A stretch of DNA of 64,000 nucleotides from Pecten maximus (lineage: Eukaryota): contig NC_047017.1 in NCBI RefSeq assembly GCF_902652985.1, forward strand, positions 21,018,001 through 21,082,000, written 5' to 3'. Shown here one piece after another: positions 38,620 to 53,400 of the stretch. A program made the position numbers and the translations under genes. The notes beneath the pieces are model-generated. The model had not been told where the DNA came from and made no database searches. It saw nothing but the letters and a program-made list of their open reading frames with translations. The first letter of the stretch is position 1. Each line of letters opens with the position of its first letter.

Positions 38620-39075
38620 TCTACAAAAGACATATTGGAACTTATACTAACTTATACTAATCACTACCAAGGAGTCAGAACATATTAGAACATCCATTGA
38701 CCTCTACCAAGGACAAATTGGAACTTAAACTAATCACTACCAAGGAGTCAGAACATATTAGAAGATCCATTGACCTCTACAAAGGACAAATTAGAACATC
38801 CATTGACCTCTACCAAGGACATATTAGAACTTTTATCAACCTCTACAAAGGACAAATTAGAACATCCATTGACCTCTACCAAGGACATATTAGAACTTTT
38901 ATCGACCTCTACAAAGGACATATTGGAACTTCCATTGACCTCTACCAAGGACATATTCGAACATCCATTGACCTCTACCAAGGACATATTCGAACATCCA
39001 TTGACCTCTACCAAGGACATATGGGAACATCTACTGACCTATACCAAGAACATACTGGAATTGCCACTGACTTCG
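38620..39075. repeat. 33-bp minisatellite, ~13 copies
   Basis: Unit catattagaacatccattgacctctaccaagga; explains the 11-aa-periodic ORFs on both strands. Confidence 0.9.
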
Positions 39076-42000
39076 GCCAAGTTCATGTTAGAAAACTCCA
39101 CATCTAGAGACTTCTAACCAATGTCATTTTAGAACATTAACTGTCAAGGTCATTGAGCCTCTGATAGTCAATTATAAAACAAAACTAAGAGTTTCTAGGT
39201 AAATATATCTTTTATAAAATGATACATATGTAGGTGACAGTCATGATGCAATCAAATGTTTCACAATGCTTGATTTACAGAAATAGTTTAAGAAACATTT
39301 CATCAGTTGTCCTGTGTTTCTCCAGCCATATGTGATTCATCTACTGACAGGTTAATTTTAAAATCATTAATTCTTAATGTGTTTTGTCTCCTCGATGCTC
39401 ATTAGTCTCTTCCTTCCTTTGCCTCTGTGAATCATCGGCAGCTTGTCAAGGCAAAAACAATACCACGACATCAATCAACCCATTAGAGAACATCTACTAG
39501 CCAAACCCATCTATGTCATGTTTCCTAATTCAAATATCGCATGTACAACTCCTTTAGTGACATTGTAGATATGTGTTAAACAGAGGTCGCATCATTAACA
39601 GTTTAGCTTAAATACTTAAAACCTGATGAGAGAAATATATCTCATCATGTGAACAGGTAATATGTTCCCTACCCAAGACAAAGTGTTGTCACTGCCGCCA
39701 AGCTGCCAGTGCCGTGTATTGGCTCTGGTATAGAAAACAGTTGCCCTTGAGAACTTGCATCGCCCAATACTGCATCGCCCTACACACCGGAAACATTTTA
39801 AACCGAAATGCAAAACAAAAGTAGGAGATGATTTATCATAATTGTGCTTGCTCTGATTGGTAAAACTTCCTTGTAAAACAACCATTTATCAAATCTTCAT
39901 TGACATTTATGGAAGACGAAATGCTTATGACTCACATTTTGGGGACAACCCCGCAGATTCACGCAAATCTTCACGATAAAATTCCCCCTGTATTGCATCG
40001 TTATATTTTGTGTGTGTGTCTATCCAACACCAGTGCTATGGTGAGAATTTGTCCCTGTTTTGCACATTGACGGATATTTATGAGGCCACAGGGAGGCTTC
40101 AAGTCTGACGATAATCCCCTTTACTTCCAATTCATAATGCATGTCAGACTTGCCAATGCACACAGCCAATACTTCTCCTGAATGCTTTGTAAAGCAGTCA
40201 GCTTCTGGCAGTCAACAGGACGAATAATATCTGGCTCCACACAAAACATGTTCCATTCCTTAACTGTCATATTTATGTCTGCTATCCACAACATAATCAT
40301 GCTTGGGACAAAATACATATTTCACGATATACATTATTTTGAAATTCAAACTTTTAAACTGTCACAATTTACTAAGGTACACTTTAACCACAAGGATTCA
40401 GAAATTGATATCAAAATTCTTTTCAGATACTTATATAATGTTCATGTCATGCAGTAATTAATGAAAAATAATAATTCTAAAAAGTGGTCAAAAGGGTAAT
40501 AGTTTCAGAAACTCTGCATATCTTTAAAATTATTGAAATAATGGTGGCAAGTACTTCAAACTTCATTACATTTTCACTAGATTTTTTTTTAGATACTAAC
40601 ACGATATAATTGTATGGAAGGATAAAACTGTGTCTAGTCATGCCACCCGCCTCTCCAGAGTATGTTTTCTCTAAAGCTACGAAGCAGACATTACCGCTAC
40701 TGTGACGACGTATCAAATCTTATATCTCAAACATCAAACAATAATGCTTCTTATTCCATTTGTAAGTTGAGAATCATGAGATTCTGTAATTTGAAAAGCC
40801 ATTACAATTCATCGCCATGGTCATGAAATTTTACTGAAATTTTATCTTGAAGAATCAATGAGGGATTTCCCTTGCTGCATGCTAGGTCTGTTTCCTGCGT
40901 GACTTAAAGTTCTACAAGCTCCCTGATATGCACAGACATATGACTATGTGCTGTAAATGTAAAAATCAAACTTGATACTAATGGGGTGAGAAAACAATAT
41001 ATTCCTTTTATTTTAAAACATTTATAGGTGTACTTATATATAATTTTCCTCTTTTTTTTTTAAATTAACAAAATTACCAATTTTCGAAAAATTTCTAATT
41101 AGGTTAATGTTTCCTAAACATCTCTGATGCTGTGATATGTGAATGTTCTAAATCAGATACTTTTTTCTATAAGAGTTCAATGAACGGTGTAAAAAAAGCA
41201 ATAACAGAATTCTCAAAACCCTTTGGAAAAGTTATAGAGGGCACAAATTCAGCATGGCTGATGTTTTCTATTAATTTAGCTATTGATGAAATGATTTTCC
41301 CCACTTTTAAGTCAGAATTTCTAATGCCATACCAATAAGGAGTTGTTGTAATTCAACTAGGAGCGGGAACACAGCTGAAGCCAAAGCAATTAATTTCCTG
41401 TGTGGAGTATTATTGAGTCATGTTTTAAGCCCCCAATGTCTCCTTGTCTATAAAGGACAACGGTGTCTGTTTCATCTGACCATTCTACTGATGCGGAAAG
41501 TCTGAATGGTAGACTGGAGAGCTCATTTAGGGAAAATCACTCAGGCATGAATTGTTAATGGTTATTGATGATGTCTATATGGAGATGCCAACAGGTCTTT
41601 TGACGGGAAGTCATGGAGACAAATTCCAATATGATACCGTGAATATATTAGAAAATAAATTTTGGACTTTCCAGAAGCACAAAAAGCACCTTGAAAACTT
41701 AAAAGTACAGATTAAACTTAAACTATTCACAAATATCACTCATTTTACTTCCATAATCACATTCCTATGAAAATTGTCTGTCAGAATTTGAAAGACTTCA
41801 CTTCGACATTTTGATCATGGTTATGGCCTCATTTCAGAGTTGGTTTTAAGAAAACCCTTTAAAAGTACTTATTTTATGATAAAAATATTCCGATTATGCT
41901 ATGAAGAGAACTAGGTGACCTTACTCTATTACACAGGCTTCAGTCTGGATGAGAAAGGATTTTCAGAAACCACAGGCGTCAATGCAATCCCATGTAGAAC

Positions 42001-42614
42001 CCACTTTAAATTCAGAATCCTGATAAGAAAAGGCGTAAATCCTGAATGTCTAAGTAGAGTCAAATATGATTAGCTATTTTATTTTGTCATGCGCCCTGGA
42101 GTTCACATGGCAGACAATTTTTATATCAAATATTGATGTTTATTCCCCATCATCAACTACCCCTGGCTTGTACCATCCACAAGCGACAGCGTTGACACCA
42201 ATTATGTAATTTGAGGAAGGGTGTCGGTTTGTCACACCTACCAAGGAGAGAGATTTGTGAAAACATCATCAGGATTCATTGTCACTAAAGCTAGCAGGAA
42301 CCAATCATCAAATGCAAAAGTGCGGAAAGAAAGCTTCATTTTATACTTTATTTCCTTAGAGACTAAACCTGGAATTAGATTTTTCCCGAGTAATAAAGAT
42401 GAAATCAAACAAAACACTGGTTTTGACAGGCGTAAATTCCACCTTCACTACATCTCTCAGTATCATCACCGTGGTGACTCTAGTCCTCTGATCAGCTGTA
42501 ATTGGTTCAATGATCAGCCAATCAGACAGGCTCTGTTTGGCTTTAAATACAGGTTTTGATGGTGAAGCCTGTCATTGAGGGTGTCATAACCGGTGCAGTG
42601 TGCCAAACAGAGAA

Positions 42615-43500
42615 CATCAAGCAAGTTAGGGATGACCTGTATCACCAAACACCAAGCAAGTAAGGAATGACTTAAAGGGCTTTTTCTGAGGGCTTTCTGG
42701 GGCCGTTAATGGGACCCATTCCCAATTGGAATTATTTCACTTTAAAGCCAAATTCCCAAAATTTGCAGTTTACTCCTCAAAAAAATTTTTCCGAATGACC
42801 AATTTTCTACCCAAAATGAGACAAAAAGGACCCTTCCTAAACCAGTGAGAAAAAGTCCTGATTTGTCTCACCAAACACCAAGCAGGTTTGGAATGACTTA
42901 TCTCATCAAACACCAAGCAATTAGAGGCGACTTATCTAACCAAACACCAAGCAGGTTTGGGGCGACTTGTCTAACCAAACACCAAGCAGGTTTGGGGCGA
43001 CTTGTCTCACCATACACCAAGCAATTAGAGGCGACTTATCTAACCAAACACCAAGCAAGAAGAGGCGACTTGTCTCACCAAAAAACAAGCAATTAGGGGG
43101 ACTTGTCTCACCATACACCAAGCAATTAGAGGCGACTTATCTAACCAAACACCAAGCAAGAAGAGGCGACTTGTCTCACCAAACACCAAGCAATTAGGGG
43201 GACTTGTCTCACCATACACCAAGCAATTAGAGGCGACTTATCCAACCAAACACCAAGCAAGAAGAGGCGACTTGTCTCACCAAACAACAAGCAATTAGGG
43301 GGACTTGTCTCACCATACACCAAGCAATTAGAGGCGACTTATCTCATCAAACACCAAGCAGGTTTGGGGCGACTTGTCTCACCATACACCAAGCAATTAG
43401 AGGCGACTTATCTAACCAAACACCAAGCAAGAAGAGGCGACTTGTCTCACCAAACAACAAGCAGGTTTGGGACGACTTGTCTCACCATACACCAAGGAAG
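42615..43500. repeat. 33-35 bp minisatellite with a 101-bp trimeric higher-order repeat, interrupted by a MITE
   Basis: Monomer accaaacaccaagcaattagaggcgacttatcta; near-identical ORFs start 101 bp apart (43121, 43222, 43323). Confidence 0.92.
42675..42860. mobile_element. ~186-bp MITE with 13-bp terminal inverted repeats
   Basis: Left aagggctttttct (42675-42687), right agaaaaagtcctg (42848-42860); splits one minisatellite monomer (gactta|...|atttgtctcacc). Confidence 0.6.
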
Positions 43501-46500
43501 CCAGTTTAAAGAAAGAGAATGTCATTAATATTGAGTCATTTTGGTATGGGATATCTCATTAAATCACCCAGAAGAAGGGACATCTCACTAACTACCGAGG
43601 TAAGGAAGAGAAGCATCACTTAACACCAAGTATTGGAGAGTAGTTTAGGGGAGTGTTAAACTGCTGTTTGATCCCCTGTAGCCCACAATGACAATATCTA
43701 CCAGGTATCAGACAACCACGCATCAGTTTACTATTACTTCTTGTTAAAACTCTATTAATTTATGTTTTTCACAGCTAGTGCCTGGCATGTCCTACAGTTT
43801 CAATAAATACATGTAGCTGACCAACATGCATATGTAATAACTAAATAAAACAGTCTTTGAATTAGATTCAGGGATCCATATTGTTCTCCTATGAGTATTT
43901 ACCTACATATGCTGTAGGATCCATGTATTTGAGTAAATAATTACAATGTCTATACAACTTCTGTCCAAAGAAATATAACATAAAATCAATACTATCAGTC
44001 AAAGAAACATTAAACTGTTTTATTGAATTTCTATATACAAATACCAATGGAAATATAATTCAAGACTTTTTTTTTGGCATTGTGGGAATCCAAAAACTCC
44101 AGTTCTGGACTTTCAGAATACCCAGTAACATCTTAATACACAAACCGTATTTGTAGATTATCCAATGGTCTGTCGTCAGCTATTGATTTCGTTAGGGGTA
44201 GTTTTCTAGCCTATGACGTCTTTGTCCGAGCCAAGAGATCATTTAGAGAAAATTTGTCTGAGGATTGTTCGGTAGAAATACACAGAATTTTCTATCAGAT
44301 TAACATCACCTGATCCAGCGTAGGCTACCATCCCTTATTATACATACTTAGTAAATCTCAAGAATGCTTGATTTCTAATGAGGACTCTTGGGGTCAATTC
44401 CATTATACTAGCTAAACAATTTGCCTTGTCATGCAGACCAAGAAGATCCTGGTAGAATTCCTACAGCTGGAATGTCTCGTCAGCCTGGCTATCCATCATA
44501 AATCACCTGATGATCACTTGGATCATTAAGTTGACTGAAACAGTCTACAGCCAATATGGTTGTGACAGTATAGGTCTTTCCCACACAAAGACCCACGGCT
44601 CCCAAGACTTTAGTATAATGCTGACCTTTTCCAATTTGTCATTGGTGATAATGCTTTTATTCTGGTCTAAAGCACGAGCTGGGGACTATTGGTTAGAGAC
44701 TTCCTTCATTTGTGAATGTATATTTCATGAAGGCGAGTAAAAAAGAGTGCATGGTTGGATTATCTCCACTTGATAATACAATTGCTCCCAAGCAAAGATT
44801 CCCTTGATACGGTGTGGGGATCCTTCGAAAGAATTTACTTGAATTATATTGCCAACAGACTCAAGTAATTTTCTCTCTTCTCACTTCAACAGCAATATAC
44901 TGGCACCATCTCTGTCTTTTCTGATTCTGTCTATCCACATCATAATTACCTTCTGGATTTATAAGTTGATTTATTAAGAATTATTAATTAACTAAGTACC
45001 GATATATCATTTCAAGTTTTGTTTGAGGTTACTTGAGCCATTATACAATGTTTTGCACCTGAATACAGCAACTGCAGCTCAAGTGAGATCACATGTGTGT
45101 GAAACACATGTCGCACGACAAAGATTAATCCATGTAATTGATGATAACTAGATACACAATTTCAAGAAAGTAAACAACAAAATAAGGATTTATTTCCTTG
45201 TTTAATTGTTCAGTATTTACTTACTAAATGTATTTAAATATTAAATCTTAATCCTGCTGTTGAAAGAAATGACGATTAAAAATCTCGCATAACATTCATG
45301 ACACCATTTATCTGACCAGCAATTAGACATCTTCCTGTGGCTATAGTGCACATTGGATTTTTTCATTTGTCAGTTTTGAAAAAAAGTGAGGACTACATGC
45401 ACAAATTTACAGCAGTAGAGGTAGAGTATAATTCTATTTTTTTTTTTTTTTATTCTTATTTTTTTTATTATTATTAAGAACTTTTTTTTTCATGATCCAA
45501 TTTTGGTCAGGGTTGGGATAATATTACATTGTAAATCGTACTCTATCGCAAATGACGCATTTTCATCAAAACGACTCTGTAAACGTGGGTTGTTACAACG
45601 TGTGAGTCGCGTTACTGTTAGCCTGTAGGCAAGGTTTCTGTCGATACAGGGCTTTAGCTTTAATTAAATTTCCCAGCGCACTCCTCCCTGTGTTTTTGTG
45701 TAAATATGTCTCCCTGATCCCAGATCAATCAAATTAATTACTTAATTGTGTGAGTTGTTTTAGTTTTTTGTGTTTGTATGTTATATATGAACCATGGAGT
45801 AGGAAGTTGTGTGATGTATCAATGTAAAAAAAAACAATTTTTTTTAATTCTCAATTGGGTTTTATTTAAAAAAATTACTTAACAGTTATTTTTCACAAAG
45901 GTTCTTTCCTCCTTTATATGTTTTGATGTTGTTTTCTAGTCCCCAATGAGTCCAGTTATATCTGTAGTCTGATAAATCACGGACAATTATTGGAGCATTC
46001 AGTGATGAACTGTATCAATTCTGGATCAGTACTTCAAAGACATATATTATATATCATCATGATGATAATAACCACCGACAGCCAGCATATACTCGCAAAT
46101 TTTGAATTTTTTTTTTACGGTTGGAGACATGCAGCGATATTTTACCAGTATTTTAGACCTAGATTATAAGTAAAACTTTTCTCTTCATTGATCAAGAATA
46201 ATTGAAAACATTTCTTTTGTCATATAGCTTGTTAAAAGGAGGTCAAAGTTGTCCATCTCTCAGGATTGAAATTGTCCTCAAGGAAATCATTTAAATTACA
46301 TGAAGCTAGTAAATGTATCACCAAGAACTGGTGAGGATACATTTGTAAATGCATGCACATATTTAACTAATGACTTGAAAGATACACACTTTTTGATGAC
46401 AAATTTGAAAGGTGCACATCAATTAATGATGTCATTGGCTAAGTATTCCTCAATGATGACAAACTTGAAACACAAACTTTTTGATGACACATTCGACAGG

Positions 46501-47684
46501 TACACAGAAATTTGTTTGGCAATTTTTTAGTGATTTGTTCGGGAAGATAACTCTGTTTAATTGTAGGATATGTATCTTTAACTACACAAATATAAATATC
46601 CATATAAAGTTGTTTTATCTCTATATTTATATCCCTCCCTAGAAATCAGTTTTTTTCCCACTGGACGCTTTGATCCGCCAGTGTGTACTCGTTTGACCTG
46701 TCGATTGACTGCGTACAAATCCAAATGTGATTATAACATGTGCAAACAATTACCGATTCTATATTTACCCACTGAGAACAGAGGGTTACGTCGCTGGTGA
46801 CCAATCTCCCTCAAGGACATCCAACGACTTCAAAGGACACAATGACAAATTTAGCCTGTTTGAGTCTGCTCTTCATTATGGCTATTTCAGACAATGCATT
46901 TTTACAGTTGTGCAAACACGCGTCACAGTTCGTCACAATTCGCGTATCTTAAAGCCTAACTACGACAGACGCAAATTTTCTATCTCAATGCTGGTGTACT
47001 CAAATATGAATATTCCCTTCATATTTACTCACAGCAGACAATGTTCTACAAACAATATGTTGGGTTAAATTACCACACTGAATCCCATAGCAACTGTAAA
47101 TGAATTACATTGATATTTGCCTGGTATCATCGTTACTTTATTAGCTAGCTGATATGATACACACATCATAGTCCCTATCAAAACCACTTAACCAATTGGA
47201 GTAACATTTTAAAATTACCCTGGCAGCAGAACATTTTACTTTTTTTTTTCTGCAGATGCAAACAAAATATTTAATCATTCTATAACTGTCATATGTGACA
47301 TAAAATTGAATTACCCTAGAGGCACTCGGTTAGAAACTAATAATTATAAAACAGATTTTTGTTTTCAGTAAAGAATTGCTATATTGATTAGATTTGAACA
47401 GCGAAGATATTACAGTTTGATAATATTGTACTTTATCGTGTGCTTTAGGATACATGGCAGAGATTGAGAATTACACAGAAATGAGTATGTATAGATATAC
47501 TACATTCTTACATGTTTATCACTCATTTTGTGAACGTTTAGCCTCTGTTTACATTACATTAATATCACCCTGTAAACTGTTACAGCAGTTTACAGTCCTC
47601 CTCTAAATTAATTAGATATTCACTCAGCATTTAACTGAAGATGTTTGTCTCCTGGCTAGGAACTACCATTTCCTAAGAATAAAT

Positions 47685-48670
47685 ATTGTATCTCATGGAA
47701 TGTGAAACTACATCCCTCAGAATGTGAATATTGTATCCCTCAGGATGTGAATATTGTATTCCTCAGAATGTGAATATTGCATCACTCAGAATGTGAATAT
47801 TGTATTCCTCAGAATGTGAATATTGTATCCGTTAGAATGTGAATATTGCATCCCTCAGAATGTGAATATTGCATCCCTCAGAATGTGAATATTGTATCCC
47901 TCAGAATGTGAATATTGTATCCCTCAGAATGTGAATATTGTATTCCTCAGAATGTGAATATTGCATCACTCAGAATGTGAATATTGTATCCTCAGAATGT
48001 GAATATTGTATCCCTTAGAATGTGAATATTGCATCCCTCAGAATGTGAATATTGCATCCCTCAGAATGTGAATATTGTATCCCTCAGAATGTGAATATTG
48101 TATCCCTCAGAATGTGAATATTGTATCCCTCAGACTGTGAATATTGCATCCCTCAGAATGTGAATATTGCATCCCTCAGAATGTGAATATTGCATCCCTC
48201 AGAATGTGAATATTGTATCCCAGAATGTGAATATTGTATCCCAGAATGTGAATATTGTATCCCTCAGAATGTGAATATTGTATCCCTCAGAATGTGAATA
48301 TTGCATCCCTCAGAATGTGAATATTGCATCCCTCAGAATGTGAATATTGTATCCCTCAGAATGTAAATATTGTATCACTCAGAATGTGAATATTGTATCC
48401 CTCAGAATGTGAATATTGTATCCCTCAGAATGTGAATATTGTATCCCTCAGAATGTGAATATTGCATCCCTCAGAATGTGAATATTGCATCCTTAGAATA
48501 TGAATATTGTATCCCTCAGAATGTGAATATTGTATTCCTCAGAATGTGAATATTACATCCCTCAGAATGTGAATATTACATCCCTTAGAATGTGAATATT
48601 GTATCCTTAGAATATGAATATTACATCTTTCAGATTGTGAATATTGTATCGTTTCAATGTGAATATTGTG
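47685..48670. repeat. 23-bp minisatellite, ~42 copies, decaying to ~48860
   Basis: Unit cagaatgtgaatattgtatccct. Confidence 0.97.
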
Positions 48671-51066
48671 AAAATATTTCCCCGTCAGTTTCCCTTGTGC
48701 TTGTGATTGTAAATATTGTATCCCCTGCTTGTGATTATTGTTTTCCTACTCTGATTGTGAAGAATGTGTTCACTCCCTCGATTGTGAATATTAATGTTAT
48801 TACTACCCTGATTGTGAATATAGTTTAATTTTCCAAATGTGAATTCCATCCCTCTGTGAATGTGATACTCACCTATTCCTACAGTGTGTCAGAATAGTGA
48901 GAATGGGTGCAGCGCATGCCATTATGTAGAGCGATACATAACTAATCCTAGTTTTAATGACTTCCTAGACAAACATCATCCTCTTCACTGAGACACACTA
49001 ATACTCAATAAATCTCCTTTAAAAAGCATTATAAAATTTTATGTATAATCAAAGAAAACTTACGTTTCAGATTTCTGCGAGGATTTCTTGGAGCACTTCC
49101 TGTCCAAAAGAAGTTTCATAAAATAATAACAATATTGCTGACAAAATCTGACTTTTGATTTACTAAACTTAATCACAATAAAATTGAACAGAGTTGCCTC
49201 TTGATGAATTGAGTTATTTCCTGATAATTCACACAAGTGCATAATATATTTATTGCTTTTAATTTTGTTCAAGATGAGATTTGTTAAATCTTCCACCTTT
49301 TACTAAACTTCAAGTTCTTTGCAGAGGCCTTATAAAGCTGTTTTTGTTTGAGCTTCAATAAAATCAACTGAAACTTTTTATTTCATTTCTGTTTCAATCT
49401 AAATCTTTGAGCATGGTGTCAATATTTGTCAACATACTCATTGATGCTAAAGATTTGTAGTATCTGACCAACTACAGCAAAACAACAGGGATGGGAACAA
49501 TCATTCAAAATAATACCAGTATATCTGATTCAGAACTTCAGCTAGAGATCATGTTTTCTGGATATAAACCACAATGGATTATTAGAAAGGAGATCAAAAA
49601 CCACACTGAAAGTTTTCGCAATTTATCTTTAAAATTTAGTTTAAATGAAGTCGGTAATATGGTATATACTTGACAGGCTCCCGTATAAACATTCAAGTCG
49701 TTGTCACATACCCCAGTTCACCGCCTGATTCAATCTACACTGACATGGTTTTTATTAAAGACAACTTCGCACAAACATCAGAACAAGCTTACAAGACAAT
49801 CTCTTATAACGTGTATGTTCACAGCCACACAATTCATCATCACCAATATAATTACGGCTTTGATGAAATCTTCAACAGTAGTCCTGAGACGAGCACTGTC
49901 ACTCACTCTGAGCCAGGACTTTAATCATACAGCCACATTATTAGATCACACTAAAACAAATCATATCATTAACCCCCAACAGATGACAGATGAACACTTG
50001 TTGAGCAGCTATACAACCAAGATGGAGGATGGTTGCCGTGGCGCCATGACCTGGCGAGCGCATGTCACAGAGCACTCTGGATGATGTGCAATCAAGCGCG
50101 GCAGTAACTCTACATCAGTAATTACACATACACTAATGTTCTGTAACTTTTATTGCAGTAATTAGTTTTATTGCTTTAAGAGTGCAAAAGACAATATGGA
50201 GCCCAAGCATGGAGTCATTCAGAATGTTTCGGTCCACATCCCGTAGATTTATGGTATACCACTAATAGCACGATTGTTTTGCTTCTCAGATCGGTAAAAG
50301 GGTACAAATTGCTGTGTTTATCATAGATTATCACACAGTGCGTGGGAAATATATGGATCTTGTTGACTTATTTACAACCAAGAACGACCATTAAATTTTG
50401 TAGTCAACAGATATTTCTTCCTGAATTTTAAAGGAAAGAAATTTGATTTAAACACCTGAACAATATTAAGATGTATAAGAATGAACTTAAATTCCAGTTA
50501 TTTATATTTTTCACAACATAATTGGAACATTTGTTAAAGTGCTGTTCTAAGTTCTGAGTTCTAATTCATTAGCTGGAGTTGTTGTCTAATTTACAATAGT
50601 GAAGATTTTTACACTAAAGAAACATACTGAAAACACGATAATTTTGGTGTGCTCAAATTTTATACCTTTTTATTTTATTACTGAATATACAGATATACCT
50701 CAATGATAAATTATTACAACCAAAATGATTGCAGGAGAAAACAGTATAAACAGCAATTAGGCTAATCATAATTTAGCAGAAGGTTTTAAGCATGAAAACC
50801 ATTAAAATAAGATAACCACTAAAATATGTAGGCTTACAGTATTCACTAAAGTGCCCTTCCACAAAAATAAAACAACACAAAAACTGGGAATCCATTCTAG
50901 AACTTTTGGAATGATAAAGCAGGATTTTATTCATTACTCGTGATACTTGTTAATTATAAAAATAGTTTCTTCATCATTGCAGAGAATAGATTCAAAAATT
51001 CCAGCTCCCTAAATGGGCCTGCAACTCAAACTGTCTTGATGTGATATATAGAAGAGAAACAAATTG

Positions 51067-51395
51067 AACAGCAAAATAACTTCAGAAGACCAGTACACAA
51101 TACAGAAGTGGTGGGGCTCTCTTCCTTAACAGGAAAATAACTTCAGAAGACCAGTACACAATATAGAAGTGGTGGGGCACTCTCCCTTAACAGGAAAATA
51201 ACTTGGGAAGACCAGTACACAATATAGAAGTGGTGGGGCACTCTTCCTTAACAGGAAAATAACTTCAGAAGACCAGTACACAATATAGAAGTGGTGGGGC
51301 ACTCTTCCTAACAGGAAAATAACTTCAGAAGACCAGTACACAATATAGAAGTGGTGGGGCACTCTTCCTTAACAGGAAAATAACTTGGGAAGACC
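51067..51395. repeat. 61-bp tandem repeat, ~5.4 copies
   Basis: Unit aacaggaaaataacttcagaagaccagtacacaatatagaagtggtggggcactcttcctt. Confidence 0.93.
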
Positions 51396-53186
51396 TGTTT
51401 GTATTGGAAACTTGTACAACACTCCAAAGAAACTTTATACATCTATCAATTTGATTCCTGGTACCAGCTAAGGATCCATTTCTAAAGAATCAAAAGTGCT
51501 TTCATATAAAACAATACATTTCAAAGATTGCCTTAATACAATTTAGGAGATATCATCAGTAGTATATGTTATGGCCTTCGAACCCTCCGGAGAAATTGGT
51601 GTCATCATTTCAGCATCAAGTCATCAGAAAAAAATGTCAAATAGGATGAACAGAAAAGTTGATAGCAGAGCAGCTATGGGTGATATAGAGCTATATTACA
51701 CGCAAACCATAAAAAAATTGGCATGTAACAGGAAACAGCGGATCTAGTCGGTAAATCAGTGAACTGTTCAGGCCCGCACACACGACCCGATCTAACCTTA
51801 TTGATTCCGACATCAAACCCAGTCTACATTAATAATCAAAACTTCATTATATAACTGTATTGATAATCTTAATCAAATACGGTGAGCTGTTAGTGTTTGG
51901 GGACCCACCAGCACGAGTTCAGAGAATATTGATGCTTGGTTTTCTTTATTCTATGTTATTATAAGCAGAGTATTTTCATTATTGGTGTCAGGGCTGACTC
52001 CACAATACAGCGAACTGCAGAACTAATCCATCGTAGATTGCACTAAGTCAGGACATGGAACTGTGAGTTATGTATACAGAGGTAACCCAGTCCTTCCACC
52101 AATAGAGATTACCACAATTTATCAGCAACGTTCACCTTGTAAATACCAATAGAAATGTTCAGCTCTTTTTCCATGATGACCAAACCCATGGATGAATGGC
52201 TAAAATGCATTAAATGATATCTATATGACATCATGAAAAAAGCAGACAAAACTCGAAACTGTTACTAACAAATTGCTAATGGCTTCAAGCATGGTCATAC
52301 AGAATACGAAACTGTGGCTGCAGGCACCAGAGGTGACAAAATTGACACAAACTGCAATTTCAAACCTGATATTTTTATCTTCGCTGACTTTCCCAGCATT
52401 TTGAAATATGACTTTTTATCAGAGCTGAAGTTATTGGTGGAGAAAAACCTGAATTACATCACAAATTTCTCCACATGACTTTCATCAGCTACCATTGAAA
52501 CATGGCTTCTACAAATGCCTGACATCAAATTGTAGGCTTTTAATGAAATTAAAGCTCCTTCCTGTGTAGTTTGGCTTCGAGGTTCCACAACATTAATGGG
52601 AGGTGGTCCTTAGCCTAACCACCACTGTCACCGGTACAAATGGTTGATGAATACGTGTCGTGCTGCACACCGCTTCTTCAATTGTCATCCAAGCACTTCA
52701 AAGACAAAAGCTATTGATCAAACTCCGAAAGAAGTCTCTTCAGTTTTATTTCCGACTTTCTATTCATACTTTTTAGGTGTCTTTTAATATAAGTACTTGT
52801 TGTTCAAACAACCCTCATACCAACCATTAGCCTCACAGTGATCAATACTGAAAAACATTGGAGTCACACCATCCCAAGGATTGGTAAACAGATTTCTATG
52901 TCCACTACTGCAGGTCAATCAGTGCATTCATCTTCATACATCTATGTCCAACATTCTAATTCCTTTAATCTCATCAAATGTTTGTTTCACTTGGAAACAA
53001 AACAAACAGCATCAATTAAAGTAAGAGTAGTAATTCCTGAAGCCAGCTTCCTCAGCAGTATAATCTTCCGGACAATAAACACTTATGGAACAAGAAAGAT
53101 AATCTAAATAATGTTTTATGAAAGACATTTTTCTTTACAAGACAGCTCTGTTAGGGTCAATCAAGACAAATTATGAAAAGAACAAA

Positions 53187-53400
53187 GGTGGTCCGGTGGC
53201 ATGACGGTATGACACTTGTTTCACCTAGACAACCAGGGTTCAATTCCCTGATTGGATGTAAAAAAGGTGTGAGCTAGGTCATGCACCTGCCCGACCATGT
53301 GGGTTTTCTCCGGGTACTCTGGTTTCCTCCTACAGTAGGGCCCCTCTCACTTCCATCTGGGCCAACAAGAGTGATTTATAAAAGTTTATATAAGTTATTT
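53187..53400 (+). mobile_element. Second, more diverged copy of the V-SINE
   Basis: ggtggtccggtggca...cacctag...agggttcaattccc...cccgaccatgtgggttttctccgggtactctggtttcctcctacagta aligns with 4683-4880. Confidence 0.85.

Noticed and set aside
47685-48670. CRISPR-like appearance of the 23-40 bp arrays
   Set aside because: Head-to-tail repeats with no unique spacers, no cas genes, eukaryotic intron context.
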